A DNA stretch of 64,000 nt from the human T2T-CHM13v2.0 reference genome, Homo sapiens. Below the pieces are notes generated by a model. It was given only the letters and a program-made list of their open reading frames with translations, was not told where the DNA came from and did no database searches. Shown here one piece after another: positions 26,481 to 40,970 of this stretch (position 1 is its first letter; the number at the start of each line of letters is the position of its first letter). Location: the NCBI RefSeq assembly GCF_009914755.1, contig NC_060925.1, one strand, 5' to 3'. The translations under genes were made by a program, and so were the position numbers.

Positions 26481-27747
26481 ATCATCATCATCATCATTAT
26501 GGAAATAAACTTTTCAACACATTGTTTACGTAACATGGAAAAGCCGTCATGTTGTGCTTATTAAATATGCCAAAAATTAAATTGATGCCATGTGATGCTA
26601 AATAGAAAGGAAGCACATTCAAAAGTAATCAAATAATCAAAAAAGATTAAGAAAAGTGTAGTTTTCAAAATACACTTTTTTAACAAAGAGGAATTTGAGT
26701 CTTTAATATTCTACAATTGAAATGAATTTCAAGATATTGAATCAAAAATCTAACCTACTTTGACCAAAGAACTCTCTTGCAAGACCAGTGTTTCGAAGCT
26801 AATTCATTTCAGAAAGAATGTCACAGAACATGCCCAGAATTTAAATAGCACTAGTGTTTGGTTTTTAATATTAATCTTTATTAATTTCATCTTAAATGAC
26901 CACAAGAGATGTCTGAGTCAGAGACAGATATCTTATTAAATTCCCCATAGTAAATAATAATTTGTCAGCCCTTCATTGTTTTAGACATTTTCCTCTAGGC
27001 AATATAATGAGAAATGATGAAAATGTTTCCCTACAGAAGTAGCTGGACACTTCACAGATTAAGGATGAGAAAAAAATAATTTTCCCTGCTTTATAGAGGA
27101 ATAAGGCTGTTGCTGCTCCCCTCCCTTCCTGAAAAGGTCTCCATGGGATTGTAATGGCTCTGAGTCCTAATTCCAAACCCTTGATAGCGAAATAAAATCT
27201 TTCCAGGGGCCAGACGGTCCCCTGCCTCTTAGCCTTTAAAAACATAAGTTGTTTCCAAATTCTGATGCTTCACTGATTTTGACAGGATAACTCTTCATTC
27301 TTCTTGATACCCTGAGGTTGAATTTAGGGATCTATTCTGGACACTAACAGTTGACTCATTCCTTGACATAAAAGAAAATGTATTATCTATTTGGATCAGA
27401 GCAATTAACTAGACTAAAGCGTAGAGATCTGATCCTTAGGACAGGAAGCTTGGGGTTTTTACGGAATAGTAGGGAATCCAAACAGGCATTTTTCTTTCAT
27501 AAATGTATTAAGTCGATTCTGAAAATTAAATAAAGTGGCAATATTAAGAGCATACCTCATAGACAGAGAAACAAGAAAGTGTTTTTGCTTGAGTAGTTCT
27601 AATAGGAAATATCCTACTCTTCAAACAAAAATTTGTAATTTGAGAGTTATTGTAATTTACCTCTAGCAAACAGGGAGTTTGTGGATTGTGATGAATAAAA
27701 AGGTATCACAAATGTTTCTGTCACCCATTTTTCTCTTTACAGAACTA

Positions 27748-28105
27748 TGTGATGCCCATAACAATTAAAATTTTTCCTAAATTTAGGACTTTAAAACAAG
27801 ACATTTGTTTCACAATTATCTGATCAGGAATTCAAGAGTAAATTTTCTGGATGATTCTGGCTCCAATTTTTTCATGATGCTGTACTCACGCTGCCTCATG
27901 AAGCCTCCACTGGGACAAACAGTGGGGAGAAGCTTCTACATTTACTCATAGTCCGTCATCAGGTAGGTTTGCCAGAGGGAGAGAGAGAGAGGATATCACA
28001 ACATGAAAGCCACTGTCAATAAATTCAGCCTACACTGAAAGAAAGAGGATTACACAAGAGCAGGAATGCCAATGTGGCAAGTAGAGATCCTAGATCCTGC
28101 TACAA
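27748..28105 (-). mobile_element. Degraded MLT1 (F/G/H-like) LTR
   Basis: 'cataacaa...ttaaaacaa...tcaggaattc...ctggatgattctggctc'. Confidence 0.45.
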
Positions 28106-28465
28106 TTCATATTTGGACTCGGCTAAATGTGGCTGTCATTATAGGCTGTATGGACGCTCACCCAGAAAGTATTTGGTAATAGCTGAAGCACCTAAGCGAA
28201 AATGGGTTGCAATTTTGAAATTATTGTTATATTAGTTTATAAATCTTAAAATATCCCCAAATTACATAATACATATAAAAGCTTTGAAATCGAGTCCTAT
28301 GTTTTTTTTACAGATAATATTTTCCAACATCTGTGGAATCTAAAATAGTAACTCTATCTCCTAATTTTAGCAAATGATCTTTTATAATTTTGTTTTAAAA
28401 TTTGTGTAACAGTACACCAGAGGATATGACAGCCTAATATTTTCAGTTAATATATCTTTCCAACA

Positions 28466-28994
28466 CAGTAGTCCCACCTAATCCGAGTTTGCTTTTGCAG
28501 TTTGTTATCCAAGGCCAATGTCTGTCTGAAAATATTAAATGAAAAATTCCAGAGATAATCAATTTATATGTTTTAAATTGCATGCTTTTCTGAGTAGTGT
28601 GATAAAATCTTTTGTCATCTTGTTCTGCTCCATCCCACCCAGGATGTGAATCATTCCTTTGTCTGTCATATTCATGCTGTCTACTGCCTGTCAGTCAATT
28701 AGTAGCCCTCTGTGTTATCAAAGCAACCATTGTGATACCACAGTTGTTACATTCAAGAAACTCTTGTTTTATTTAATAATGGGCCCAAAGTGCAACAGTA
28801 GCGATACTGGCAATTAACATATGCTAGGGAGAAGTTGTAAGCTACTCATTTTAAGTGAAAAGGTGAAAATTTGTCACAAGCAGGCCATGTATAGAAAAAA
28901 AGTATTGAATATTGAGTTTGATATTATCCGGAGTTTCCAGCATCCATTGGCGGTTTCTTGGAACATATCCCTCATGGTTAAGGAAGGACTACTG
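28466..28994 (+). mobile_element. MER44B-like DNA transposon
   Basis: TIRs cagtagtcccacctaatcc / ggttaaggaaggactactg(ta); internal 'gaaaatattaaatgaaaaattccaga'. Confidence 0.82.
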
Positions 28995-31900
28995 TATTCT
29001 GAATAGATTTTATGAGAAGTAAATTCACCATTGACATATAAAATAATTTAGCCTTAGAATTTAAATAGACATATATCCTCTACAAATTAAACACAAATGT
29101 GATAATCTATGGTCACTTTTCCTTATACTATGCCAGCTCAGTAATGACTGGTATTGATTTGCTGAAGTTCAAATTTTGAATTACAGTTTTCTTTAAATAG
29201 GGCTCATATTAATAAGAATATGCTCAACTTTGGTGTGCTGTATCAGTAAATATTCAAATTAATTGCACAGAGAGTAGTAATAATTTTATAAAGATTAATG
29301 CAATTTTTTTTCCAGAAATGCTATAATCTCTCTATTTTCTATTGATGAAGGGACTGATAAAAAGGATAGAAACCAAGAAATGAAGAAAGCTTTGGAAAGT
29401 TTTCCTATTAAATTCAATGTAAAACTTAATAAAAATAAATAAATATAAACATTGATCAAGGGCTACGATGAGCCCAGGACTCTGTTTTAAGACAATATCA
29501 CAGAAACTTTTGCAATAATGACAATACACAGAAAGTCTACTTATGGGCTAAAAAAATAAAATTTGAAGTTCTTCGTACTGTATTCAAGGATCTCCACAAT
29601 TAAAACACACTTTCCAGGCTCCTCAGCCTCATTTTTTATGTCTCTGCTACAACCAATCTACTTTAAAACAAACAAATAAACCACTGTCGATTTCTTACAA
29701 CCTTCCCAGATTTCTAATAGTATTGTCTTTATAGTGTTAGGCTTACCAGGAGTTCATTTTTTCTCTTTTCTCCACATTTCCAAATCTGATCTTTATTTTA
29801 AGAAACACATTTTTATCTGCAGGTGCACTTAGGAATGAACTCTTCCTTAAGTGGAATTTCGTGACATTTTATTTGGATTTCTATTAAGATACCAATTATT
29901 TTCTAATTTGTGTTTTAGTTAATTTGCCATGTTTCCTGTTTCTGATTGAAAGCTATGTGAAGTTGAAATTCACATCTGGGCTCTCTCTGTGTCTTCATAA
30001 TGACGAGAATTGCTTTGCAAACCCTGGGTGATTCATACATTTGTATTGCATACCTGAGCATAGGAGCCATCATACTGCTTGCCAACTTGATCATTTTATA
30101 AATTGAACAATATTGATTGGACCAATATAGAGTCAGAATTTTTACTACTCAAATACAGCACGAAACATGTTTTAAGGTTCTCCAGTGTTGGCATAAAGCT
30201 GGAAGATATATAATTAATTGGTTCCATTAAGTAGAATATATAAAGCAAGTGATAACTTAAGAAGTATATCTTTACAAATTCATGAGAACAAGTAAAAAAA
30301 AGACATAGTTTATAAATTTAGGCACCAAAGGAATACCTACACAAGAATAGATTTGGCCCTTTTGTGTGTTTGTTAGTAATAAATGTCCTGATCCCAAACA
30401 AATTACATCAGTAAGATTTACATCAAATGATTTAAATAATTAATTTATATTCCAACATAGGACTCGTGTAAAATAAATGCATGATCACGTAAGGTCTATT
30501 CTCTAGAGTGGCTCAAATAAAGGACATTATATGGGACTGAATAATTGAAATGGCAAATAATTCATTTAATATAGACCCATTAGATTTATTAAATGCTAAC
30601 TTTATAGAAATTTTCACCTAATACCATAGAATGATCATTGCAAAAGCAGAGAAATGTGAAGATACAGAGAGAAGAATATTGAGAGTCACTTGTAAACAAC
30701 TTACATTTACATGCTCTCACTTGAGCATATTTTTAGTCTGGAAATAATTACAGTATTTCCAAATGCTTACAACCTAGTATGTGTGTGTTCTGTGGCAGAT
30801 TAGTCACTGAGTTATATTTTCCTATTTTTCTATGGGTATAATCTAAAGTCAATGCAACATATATTTTTTCTCAATGATAATTGTAATTTTTGATTATTTA
30901 AAAATATTATATGTAGGCAGCAGACATCTTGAGCTACTGAAATTTTTATCACTTGGAGGTATATGTAAGGATTGTTCATCATAATGTTGTTGGTCTCTAC
31001 TGGCAGATACTCTAGGAGTAAAATGCGAAGTGGAATTATATCCTGTATTCAATTTTACTTTTAAATGTCACTTCACTTACAACAAGTATAAGACTTTAGT
31101 TGTTAAACCACCAATAAGAGTTTGAATCAAATGACCGTAGAAGCCTGTGGGAATAGAAATAGACACTGCTAAATAATCAGAGATGATGTGGATGAAATGA
31201 GTAATAACAAATATAGAAATGGTGATATAAACCTATTAACAAGCTCAAGTGGTCATTTCAGACTAGCTAACAATTAAGGTTACAGAGTTATAGAGATAAG
31301 AAATAATGTTCATGCACTAACTGACACATTTTAGTGCTTAATAGACATAGCCATTATATTTGCATACCAGCCAACAAACAAACACAAATAATAGTTATCA
31401 TTATCATTATCTCTTTGCTTATTATTACTGTGAGAGCTTGGAATGTAAAATAGCTTATGTCTCTTACAGTTTTGAGTTTTTATATTTGTGTTAACACATT
31501 AGCTTTCCTAAACAACTTTTTAAAGTATTAATAAAATACATGTTAATAAATGTTCAAGTGAAAATCTATAAATTATATATTTTATATTCAACTTTAAGAG
31601 TGAAATAATTATAGTGTTTAAGTTTTATTTTATTAACACTAAAATTTTGATTATGCAGTCTGATATCCATCTAGTAAGATTTGAACAATTGTTCAGCAAT
31701 GTTAGGTAAAGGGTACAGGATTATGAGAATTTCAATTTAAAAAAACAATATGGCATTTAGACTAGTAAAAAAAGTATACTTAGTTTGAAGTAAATTATTT
31801 AATAAAATTTTAATAATTAAAAGGAATTTATTAACATGTAATAAAATTTCCCTGGATAAGTTTAATATATTACACAAAAATTATTGTCTTCCACAAACAT

Positions 31901-32302
31901 TTAATATGTATCTTCTTTGGACAGTCATATAATTAAAGCAGATGTTTGATTTATTGATAGAGTGAATAACAGGTATATGAAAATAAAAGAAGTTTCTTGC
32001 TATTTGCAAGCGACAACAGATCACTTAAGTCTATGCTCCAAATTTCAAGATGTTGTCTGTGAAATCATAGAAAAAATGTAGACAAAAAACATGCTTGTAT
32101 ATGTGACCAATTTCAACATTTTGTAGCTGTGGAAATCCAAGTAGAAATTGAGTGTATTCTCCAACATCCAACAGATGGTTGAAAGCTGAACTTTCTCATT
32201 CTCAGTTTAGTATTAGATCATCGTTAATTGAAGAACTACTCTGATTTTTATTTTCTGAAAAATAAAATATGTATAGAAACAAAATGATAAACTTCTTACT
32301 AA

Positions 32303-32773
32303 TGTTAGATATGAGTTCTAAATTTCTTTCCAAAGAATCAATATGTAAGTATGTTCAATTCTTTGCCTTCTACTTTTAAACTTAACTTCCTCTTAAAGCA
32401 ACCTTTTTTGATTACCTGCTACACCCTGACTCATTCAGATTACATACTCCACACTGACTCATTCCGATTACCTCCTCTGTCATAACCATTTTTCCCGCCA
32501 AACCACTCATCCTGTCACTCACTTTAAATTAGCCAATCGGAATTAGTTTAGCCTGTGCATCTAACACTATCCAGTAGGGGAAAGACACAGCAGCAAGGGC
32601 CATGCGCATCAGGGATAAGAACCCCTTCTCCCTAGTCCAAGTGTGCCCTCACCGTTGCTCCATCTGTAAGGGCACACCCTTCTATAGAAGTACCTTGCCT
32701 TGCTGAGAATTAAAACAAAAATTTTATATTCGAGTGCTATTTCTTTCACGGCACCAAAACTTTATATATAACA
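32303..32773 (+). mobile_element. LTR10 (LTR10A/F-like; HERV-IP10, ERV1) solo LTR
   Basis: Starts TGTTAGATATGAGTTCTAAATTTC and ends ...TATAACA; 4-bp TSD ctaa; internal 28-bp-period tandem with TGACTCA; CCAAT box and ATTAAA signal. Confidence 0.85.
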
Positions 32774-33229
32774 CTAATTTCATAAAGTAAATATAATTAA
32801 TTACTCACTTTACTATCTATGTATTCAGATTCTCTCCTGATACTGTTTTAGTCATACTTTATAAGGAATACATATTATTTAGTTGATAATTTTTCCTACA
32901 GAAAAAATATCTTACATAAGAAGTAGATATGGGTGTTCAGATCTAATAGTCAACACAGTTGATATTTTCTAAACATGTATGCATTTTGTAAAATGCAATC
33001 AGAACTTTTTTCTAGAATTTTTTACATAAATATTTTAAGTGTATATAATAATTTTATAAAATAGATAATTTTTTAGCATCAATTAACATTATAATTAAAG
33101 TCATTAATTTATAGAAGAGTTTTAAAATATTGAGAAATTATTAGGATATATACATTTGACTGTTGGTGCTGTTTTCATTAAGAGGTGGAATATAGTCAGT
33201 TTATTTTCTCTATAGGTATTTATTACATT

Positions 33230-33297
33230 AACTGAAATAAGCCAGTCACAGAAAGACAAGCTTCAAATATTCTCACACATTTATGGGATCTAAAAAT
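33230..33297 (+). mobile_element. L1MA 3'UTR fragment
   Basis: 'tgaaataagccagtcacagaaagacaa...ttctcac'. Confidence 0.6.
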
Positions 33298-33330
33298 GAT
33301 CTAGAATTTTTAAGAATATTAAGATACCCA

Positions 33331-33655
33331 TTTTATTTTTATTTTAAGTTCTGGGGTACATGTGCAGGATATCCAGCTTTATTACATAGGTAAATGTGTG
33401 CCTTGGTAGTTTGCTGCACCTATCAACCCATCACCTAGGTATTAAGTCCAGCATGCATTAGCTATGTATCCTGATGCTCTCCCTCCCCCAACCCCTTTCC
33501 CCGAAAGGCCCTGGTGTGTGTTGTTCTCCTCCCGCTTTCTATGTGTTCTCATTGTTCGGTTCCCACTTATAAGTGAGAAGATGAGGTGTTTGGTTTTCCT
33601 GCATTAGTTTGCTCAGGATAATGGCTTCCAGCTCTATTCATGTCCTTGCAAAGGT
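33331..33655 (-). mobile_element. 5'-truncated L1PA (PA8-10-like) 3' end
   Basis: 'ttttaagttctggggtacatgtgcaggat', 'cacctatcaacccatcacctaggtattaag', 'cccacttataagtgagaa'. Confidence 0.9.
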
Positions 33656-35215
33656 ACTCAGTTTTGTAAGGCATCATGCAAAATAATTAGTAAACTCAAA
33701 CCAGAAAAAAAGTATTATTGAATATTATCCTGAAGATAAAATATGAATGTTTTTGTTTGGAATTATTTCCTAAAAGATTCTTTTGTAATATCTAATATAA
33801 TTTTACATTTTTTTGGAGCATGTAGGATATTTATATTTTATTACTAGGTGCTTACTTGAACTTTTAAAATGATATATTGAAGGGAATAACTCATATTCTT
33901 GCTAATTTGACTTTCTGAAATGTACTTTTGCATTATCCTGAAAAAATTAAAATTATTTGTGAAAATCATCATATATTGACCAAATACTGTTAACTTTTTT
34001 TCTGCTTTACTTTCTCCTGTGTTATAATTAAAGATTTGGATTTTTCTGGTTGTTTAAGAAAAACTATGTTGTTGTTTTTAACGAGGTGACCATAGACGAA
34101 AACTGACTTTCATCAATGTTTTAAGTAACTGTGCTTACATCAGGGCTTTAAGTAAGTGGAAGTAAGTAAGTTTACTGACTACTGATGTTCAACTACAATA
34201 GAATTTATTATATTGTTATAATGCTTAAAGTTATTTTTAATTTAAAATACAAGGAAATTATGATGCTAAATCTTCTATCCAAAATGAGAAACTTACCTCT
34301 ATATTTATAATGATAAATCTGTAGCCAACATGCAGAAAATAGAAATAAGTTATATATTTGATTGTTTTACTTGTTTGTTTTATTTTGAGACTATACCCTC
34401 CAATTTTTTTTTAAATTTTTCTACAAATACTTTACTTTTTAGTTATGAAAAACCTACACATAATCTTTTGAAAAATATATACAAGACATCAAATCTAATG
34501 TACAAATATAGTAATTAAAAGATTAGTATATTTGTTAATAATACTGTAAATTTTAATAAAGTAGAAGATATATATTCTATGTACTTTGCTCACAAGAAAG
34601 TTGGAACTATCGTTCAAAAAGTATTAATTTCTATTTACTAAGAAAATCATTGCCTTGGGGGAAAATATTATTTAGCAGTTTTATGTGTGAATCTTTTCAA
34701 CTGTAATCATTCAAATGCATAACTAAATGTGAATTCTGCCTTAGGGTTAGCACATAACCAATTTGTTTCACAGGTTATCTGATTATGAGCAGATTGTCCA
34801 CCCACCTCAGCTCTAATCCCTGTACATTTAAAAATAATGTCAGATACTAGAAAAATGTGTGGATCTTTTTATGGTGTCATTATGAGAGTACATGTGTTAT
34901 AATTTTCTCAACTATACTTCTCTGTTTCTTAATTTCTCTCTTCTTAGAACATCAACAGCAACTGGGTTATTAGCACATTTCAGGCATATCAGGAAAAATA
35001 AGGATAACATTTTTAACAAAACGAAAAAGCAAGCAAACTCAGCTGTCAATTTTGATTTATATTTATAGAAGAACCTATGTAATATAAGCACATTTCAAGA
35101 TACCATTTTGTCATTTTAAGATATTGTCTTCATATTTCACAACATCTAAGATAAAATCAGAGTTTAATATTCATTTCCAAAATACATAGACCTGCTGTCA
35201 AAAAATGAACCTTGA

Positions 35216-35551
<336 letters not shown>

Positions 35552-36449
35552 AGCTCTTTTCAAATGTACAAAAGAAGACAACATCGCAGAAGAGTAAGCA
35601 AAGAAAAATGAAACAGTCATCAAGAGTATTCTCTAGAAAATTTTTCTATTTTATGTTCAGGTCACGATATATAAATTTAGTGCCTTTTGGGAAGATTGAT
35701 ATTAATAGTAGTATAGGATTTCAGACTCTCTTAGATGCAAATTTAATTAAAACTTCAGTTCATTATAAGGTTATTACTATATGAAGTCCAAGAATAGACA
35801 TTCACTGAAACAGGACTCTTTGTCGCTCATTTTCTTCTCTCTGTGGGTATGCTTTATTCTTTGTATCTTGCTTAATAAAATTAGTCTTTGATTATCTTAT
35901 CTGCACCACATGGGAAGAAAATGCCCATTGGCAACTTAAAAGTTCTTATCTTATGTTTCAAGTCATTATAAAGACTTTGACTGAGCTCAGGCTCAAAATC
36001 TTGGGAAATGAACTAATTAACCTAAATTTAGATCAGGTGCTATCCCTGTATCTTTCAACTAAGACCAAGAGATGAAGTCACATTGTGTAAACATGATAGC
36101 TTCTGCTTGAGCCACGGGTATGGGAAGTAATCACCAGAAAAAAAGAGGATGCTAGTATATTTTCTTGCATTTTTAGTTCCTTGACTTCATTTCAAATGAC
36201 CTCTCCAATCTAACATTACCACTCACTTTCTTGTTTAGACTTTGAGACCTTGAAAACTCATTGCTTCAGCAATTGCCAGATCAAACATCCCTCTCCCTTC
36301 CAATTACTAACCATGCCCGACACTGCTTAGCTTCCAAGATCAGACACGTTCAGAGTGGTATGCCAGTAGAACAAACATCCTTCTCTATGTTTGCCTTTAG
36401 ACTTCTCGGGCTTTACTTCCCACCACACACAACTTGGTTTCCATGAGCT

Positions 36450-38475
36450 AATACTATAAATATCCTAAATAATTTTAACATATTGTGGATGTCTCATGAC
36501 ACCCACCTGGCAAAACCTAACTATTGCTGAATGCAACCAATGATTTTCTTCATCCAGTACCCTACCCACTAAATGCTGCACTATGCAAATTACATAGTTT
36601 GATTGATTGGCATCCCTACACATTGTAGTAACTCTTTGTAGTGGGCGATCAACATGACCTACTTTATCTTACTAAATTTCTCTCCTAAATTTTTTATCCA
36701 ATTCTCATCAACTACCACTTTCTGCCTGTTTTACTCTTTGTATTCCCCCAGACCCCACTCTGTATGAATTGTGGGTATAATTCATATAGAATATTATAGG
36801 CAGCAAATAAAACCACTTTTACTTTCTCATGACCAAAACTGAAAATTTCCTTACATCTTCATTCATCTTCTTCTGTTCTTCTATAATGGAGACACTATCC
36901 ATTCTTCTATAAAAAGCCATACCTTCCCATATACACAGTATCCTAACCACATTTGTGTTCTCAGAAAACTTGATGTGTTTATTGTCCTATATGTCTTACA
37001 AAGTAGAATTTTCCCCCACCTTGTATAATCTTTATCTGCCATCATAAACTCTCTTTGAAACTGTAGCTCCTTCCATTTAATATCCTGTTTCTTTTTTACC
37101 CTTCAGAGTCAAGCTTTATGAAAAAGTAATTCTATATTCTGTTTCTATCTGCTCGTGTTCTATTTATTCCTCAAACTTGGATCTGGATGTGGCTTCTTTC
37201 CTCACCACTCGACTTGAATTTCTGCTAGATAATTTTATGAATAAGCTTCTTGTTGTCAAATCAAATCAATACTTTGCGATCTCCCTCTTACTTACCCTTT
37301 CCTAGTTTCCATTACATCACATTCTCTTGTTTTTTTATATACATCTCTGTTTTCTTCAACATTTCTTTTACTTGCTATTTGTCCATATTCTGATTTAAAC
37401 ATTGAAGTTATTCAAGGCTTTTATCTAGGTCTCCTTTTCCTCTCAACATGGAATCTCAGCCAGAGATTTAAATATTCTCTACATAACAAGGCAAACATCT
37501 CATGCCATAAATATTTTTATCAGCTTCAGACATATATATTTAAGTGACTCAAAAATCTCTACTTGAATGCTATACAGATATTTCAAATACATCATTATCA
37601 AAACTGTATTACTGATACATCTTATAAATAAGCACTTTCTCCAATTTTTCCCAGGTTTTAAAATGACTCTTCTCTCCACTTATTAAGTCAGAAAACTAAG
37701 AATAATTTTAACAATTCACTCTGCCTCATATTGAAGCATCTAATATTCTACTAGACCAAAAAAAGTGTATTACGTTTATTCCATTTATTCACTTTTTAGA
37801 AATCTAAGTATTTATTTTCTCTCTTATCTTTCATATCAAATTCATCTCACCAAATCCTGTTGATTTTACCTCCTATGCTTATCTGAGCCCACTTTCTTTC
37901 ACTCTTTTTCACCCCGTTACCAATCTAGGTCAAGCCACTATTACCACTGCCCTACACTGGTTAATTATCTTCTTATTAGTCTTTCCACTATTATACCTAC
38001 CTAGCTACAATCCATTCTCTACAGAGTATACAGAATAATAATTTTAAACATAAATTGGCTCAATCATAGTCTGTAAACCTATTAAATACATTTTAGTTAT
38101 ACATGATATGGAACCTACTTTCCTCCTGACTACTTTCTCACCTTACTTTCAATGTCTAGCCACAGTGGACTTTTTCTCAGAACATCTGTATAAAAAACCT
38201 GCTCGGGGACTTGATACATCTTGCTTCTCCCGAGTAAAAATTATTTCATCTATACTTTAAAATATTAACAACTTTACCTTCTAATTTAAATGGAAATATT
38301 TTTAAGAGAGAAAGGCTTTAATTAATCACAATCCAAATATGAAAATGAGTTTATGCTGCTTTATTTTCTCATAATCCACTATATTACTACCATAGTACTC
38401 ATCACAATTTGAAATTGTGTATTTAATGGGTTGCTGGTACTAAAAATAGTGTTACTAAGGTTTGTCAGTGAATAA
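36450..38475 (+). mobile_element. Long degraded L2 segment
   Basis: 'cttcttgttgtcaaatcaaat', 'aaatctctacttgaatg', 'caccaaatcctgttgattttacctcc', 'acaatccattctctacaga'. Confidence 0.65.
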
Positions 38476-38594
38476 GAGTTCAATTTCGCCAATGTGTTAG
38501 AATTTTATTTGATTTTGTGGTTTTAATTTTTTCTGTAGGTGAGATATTCTTAATTTTCAAATTTCTATGAATTACCTGGGCTACTTTTAAACTA

Positions 38595-39178
38595 CAGGAA
38601 TATCTCATTTTATTTCATTTATCTTCATTATGTTTCTCTGATACTGTGTTTTTTACAAAATGAAGGTTTGTGGCAACCTGTGTCAAACAAGTCTTTCAGT
38701 GCTATTTTTCCAACAGCATGTGCTCACTTCATGTCACTGTGTTATATTTTGGTAATTCTTGCAATACTTCAAACTTTTAGTATTATTATAACTGTTATGG
38801 TAATCTGTGATTAGTGATCTTTTATGTTATTAGCATAAGTGATTTGGGGCCCCATGTAATTTGCCCATATAAGATGGTAAACTCAATCAGTAATGTTTTT
38901 GTGTGTTCTGACTGCTTCTCTGACTGTCCATTCCCCCATATCTCTTCTCCTTTGGCCTCCCTGTTCCATTAGACTCAGTAAGATTGAAATTAGGTTATTA
39001 GCCTTATAATGGCATCAAAGTGTTCAAGTGAAAGGAAGAGTCACATGTCTCTCACTTTAAATCAAAAGCTAGGAATGGTTAAACTTAGTGAGGAAGGCAT
39101 GCTGTAAAGCAAGACATGCCAAAACTAGGCCTCTTGTGCCAAAGAGTTGGCCAAATACTTAATGCACAGGAAAAGTTC
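38595..39178 (+). mobile_element. Tigger1 left end with disrupted transposase N-terminus
   Basis: TA followed by TIR caggaatatctc; 'tttacaaaatgaaggtttgtggcaacc'; ATG at 39009 gives MASKCSSERKSHMSLTLNQKLGMVKLSEEGML followed by a stop. Confidence 0.9.
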
Positions 39179-39274
39179 ATGGAGATTGTGGGGAGTCACA
39201 TGGAGATTATGAAGATTACGGGGATTATAATTCAAGGTGAGATTTTGGTGGGGACACAAAGCCTAACCGTATCA
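39179..39274 (-). mobile_element. THE1D/MSTA LTR terminal fragment
   Basis: 'ggggattataattcaaggtgagattttggtggggacacaaagcctaaccgtatca' is the reverse complement of the LTR start. Confidence 0.85.
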
Positions 39275-39792
39275 AGATTATTCTACCAAAATGACATATG
39301 TACTTGCATGTTCACTGCAGCGCCATTTACAATAGCAAAGACATGGAATCAAGCTAGGTGCCCAGTGATTGGTGGATGGATAAAGAAAACGTGGTACATA
39401 TAGACCATGGAATACTATACAGCCATAAAAAAACAACCAAATCCTGTCCTTTGCAGTGACATGGATGCATCTGCAGGCCGTATTTCTAAGTGAATGAACA
39501 TAGGAACAGAAAACCAAATGCTGCATGTTCTACCTGTAAATGAGAGCTAAGCATTGAGCATACATGGACATAAACATGGGAACAACAGACACAGCAGACT
39601 ACAATATCGGGAAAGAATGGAGGGGCTGTGGGTTGGGTTGAAGAACTGCATATTGGTTACTGTGCTCACTACCTGGGCGATGGGATCCATGCTCCAAACC
39701 TCAGCATCATGTAATATTTTCATGTGGCAACTCTGCTCATTACCTCCTATATCTAAAATAAAAGTTGAAATTTAAAAATAAATGAATAAAAA
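39275..39792 (+). mobile_element. L1PA15/16- or L1PB-like ORF2 end and 3'UTR
   Basis: ICTCMFTAAPFTIAKTWNQARCP remnant; 'ctaaaataaaagttgaaa' followed by an A-rich tail. Confidence 0.85.
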
Positions 39793-40122
39793 TTAGACGA
39801 CAACAACACAACAAAAAATTAAGTGTTGTAAAAGTATATGTATGTTAGTGTATTTTAAATCTAAAATAAAAGTACTTTGGTATGTTTTACCCTAAAATAT
39901 CATTTCAATTCATTATATTTGACATGGAATTGCTATATTTTATTGAGTAATTTTAAGTTTTTGCCACATGCCAAATGGAAGAGCAGCATGTAATAAATAA
40001 TTTAAATTAAATATATTATTCACATTTAATTTTAATGAATATAATGCTTTTAATTTTTTAACTGACACTGCTTCTTGAAGTAATCCAATATATAAAAGAA
40101 AAAATAAATAATTTTATCTAAC

Positions 40123-40321
40123 AAAGTGATTCGTCACCTTGGCATGTTTGCCATTTTTGGCTGAAGAGTCACTGATGTGCGGGACTGTGCTGTGCACTGT
40201 AGAATGTTTTGCAGTATCTGTGGCCTTTATTCACTAAAACTTATTTGGGATCACTGAAAATGTCTCTAGATATTGCCAATACCCCATAAAAGACAAAATC
40301 ACTCCAAATTGAGAACCTCTG
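40123..40321 (-). mobile_element. MER20 hAT-Charlie element
   Basis: 'ctgtgctgtgcactgtagaatgttt', 'aaaatgtctctagatattgcca', 'ttgagaacctctg'. Confidence 0.8.
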
Positions 40322-40607
40322 CTCTTACCAAAAAACCAAATCTTTAGTAGTACTTGATTTCTGATCCCAGCTATCCTGTCAATTAGCTCTATGACCTTGG
40401 GAAATCAAATTTCTGGGCTTCAAAATATGCATAGGTAATGTGAGAAAGTTGTAATTGATAGATAATTTCAAAATTTATTTTAAGTTTGTATCATTTTTAT
40501 CATGCAATTAGTCAAGACATAGATAAATAGAAAATAATCAATATATGTTGAATCCTTACATATATATACACACATATGTATATATATTTATATATACTAT
40601 ATATATT

Positions 40608-40970
40608 GAGTTACATCTTAATAAGCCATGGTATATCGAAACAAACTCATTGTAATTTGAAAATATCATAAATAAAAAATGTATTTAATGCTCCTAACCT
40701 ATTAAACCTGAAGGTTAGCTTAACCTAGTCTACTTTAATTATGCTCAGAATAGTTACATTATCCTGAAGTTGGGCAAAATCATCTTAACAGGAAGCTTAT
40801 TTTATTATAAAGTGTTTAATATTTTATATAGTTTATTGAGTATTGTACTGAGTGTGAAAAACAGAATGTTTACATGATTACTCAAATTATGGTTTCTACT
40901 GTGTTGCTTTCACACTACCATGACATCAAAAAATCGTTAAGTCAAACTATTATAAGTAGGAGACTGTCTA
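40608..40970 (+). mobile_element. MER47A-like (TcMar-Tigger) element
   Basis: 'tgaaaatatcata', 'atgctcagaa...ttacatt...agttgggcaaaatcatct', 'aaaaatcgttaagtcaaac'. Confidence 0.7.

Noticed and set aside
39009-39403. Tigger transposase (TIGD1-like) gene or the 95-aa ORF 39116-39403
   Set aside because: The transposase frame stops after about 32 codons; the longer ORF is an accidental Tigger1/LTR/L1 chimera.
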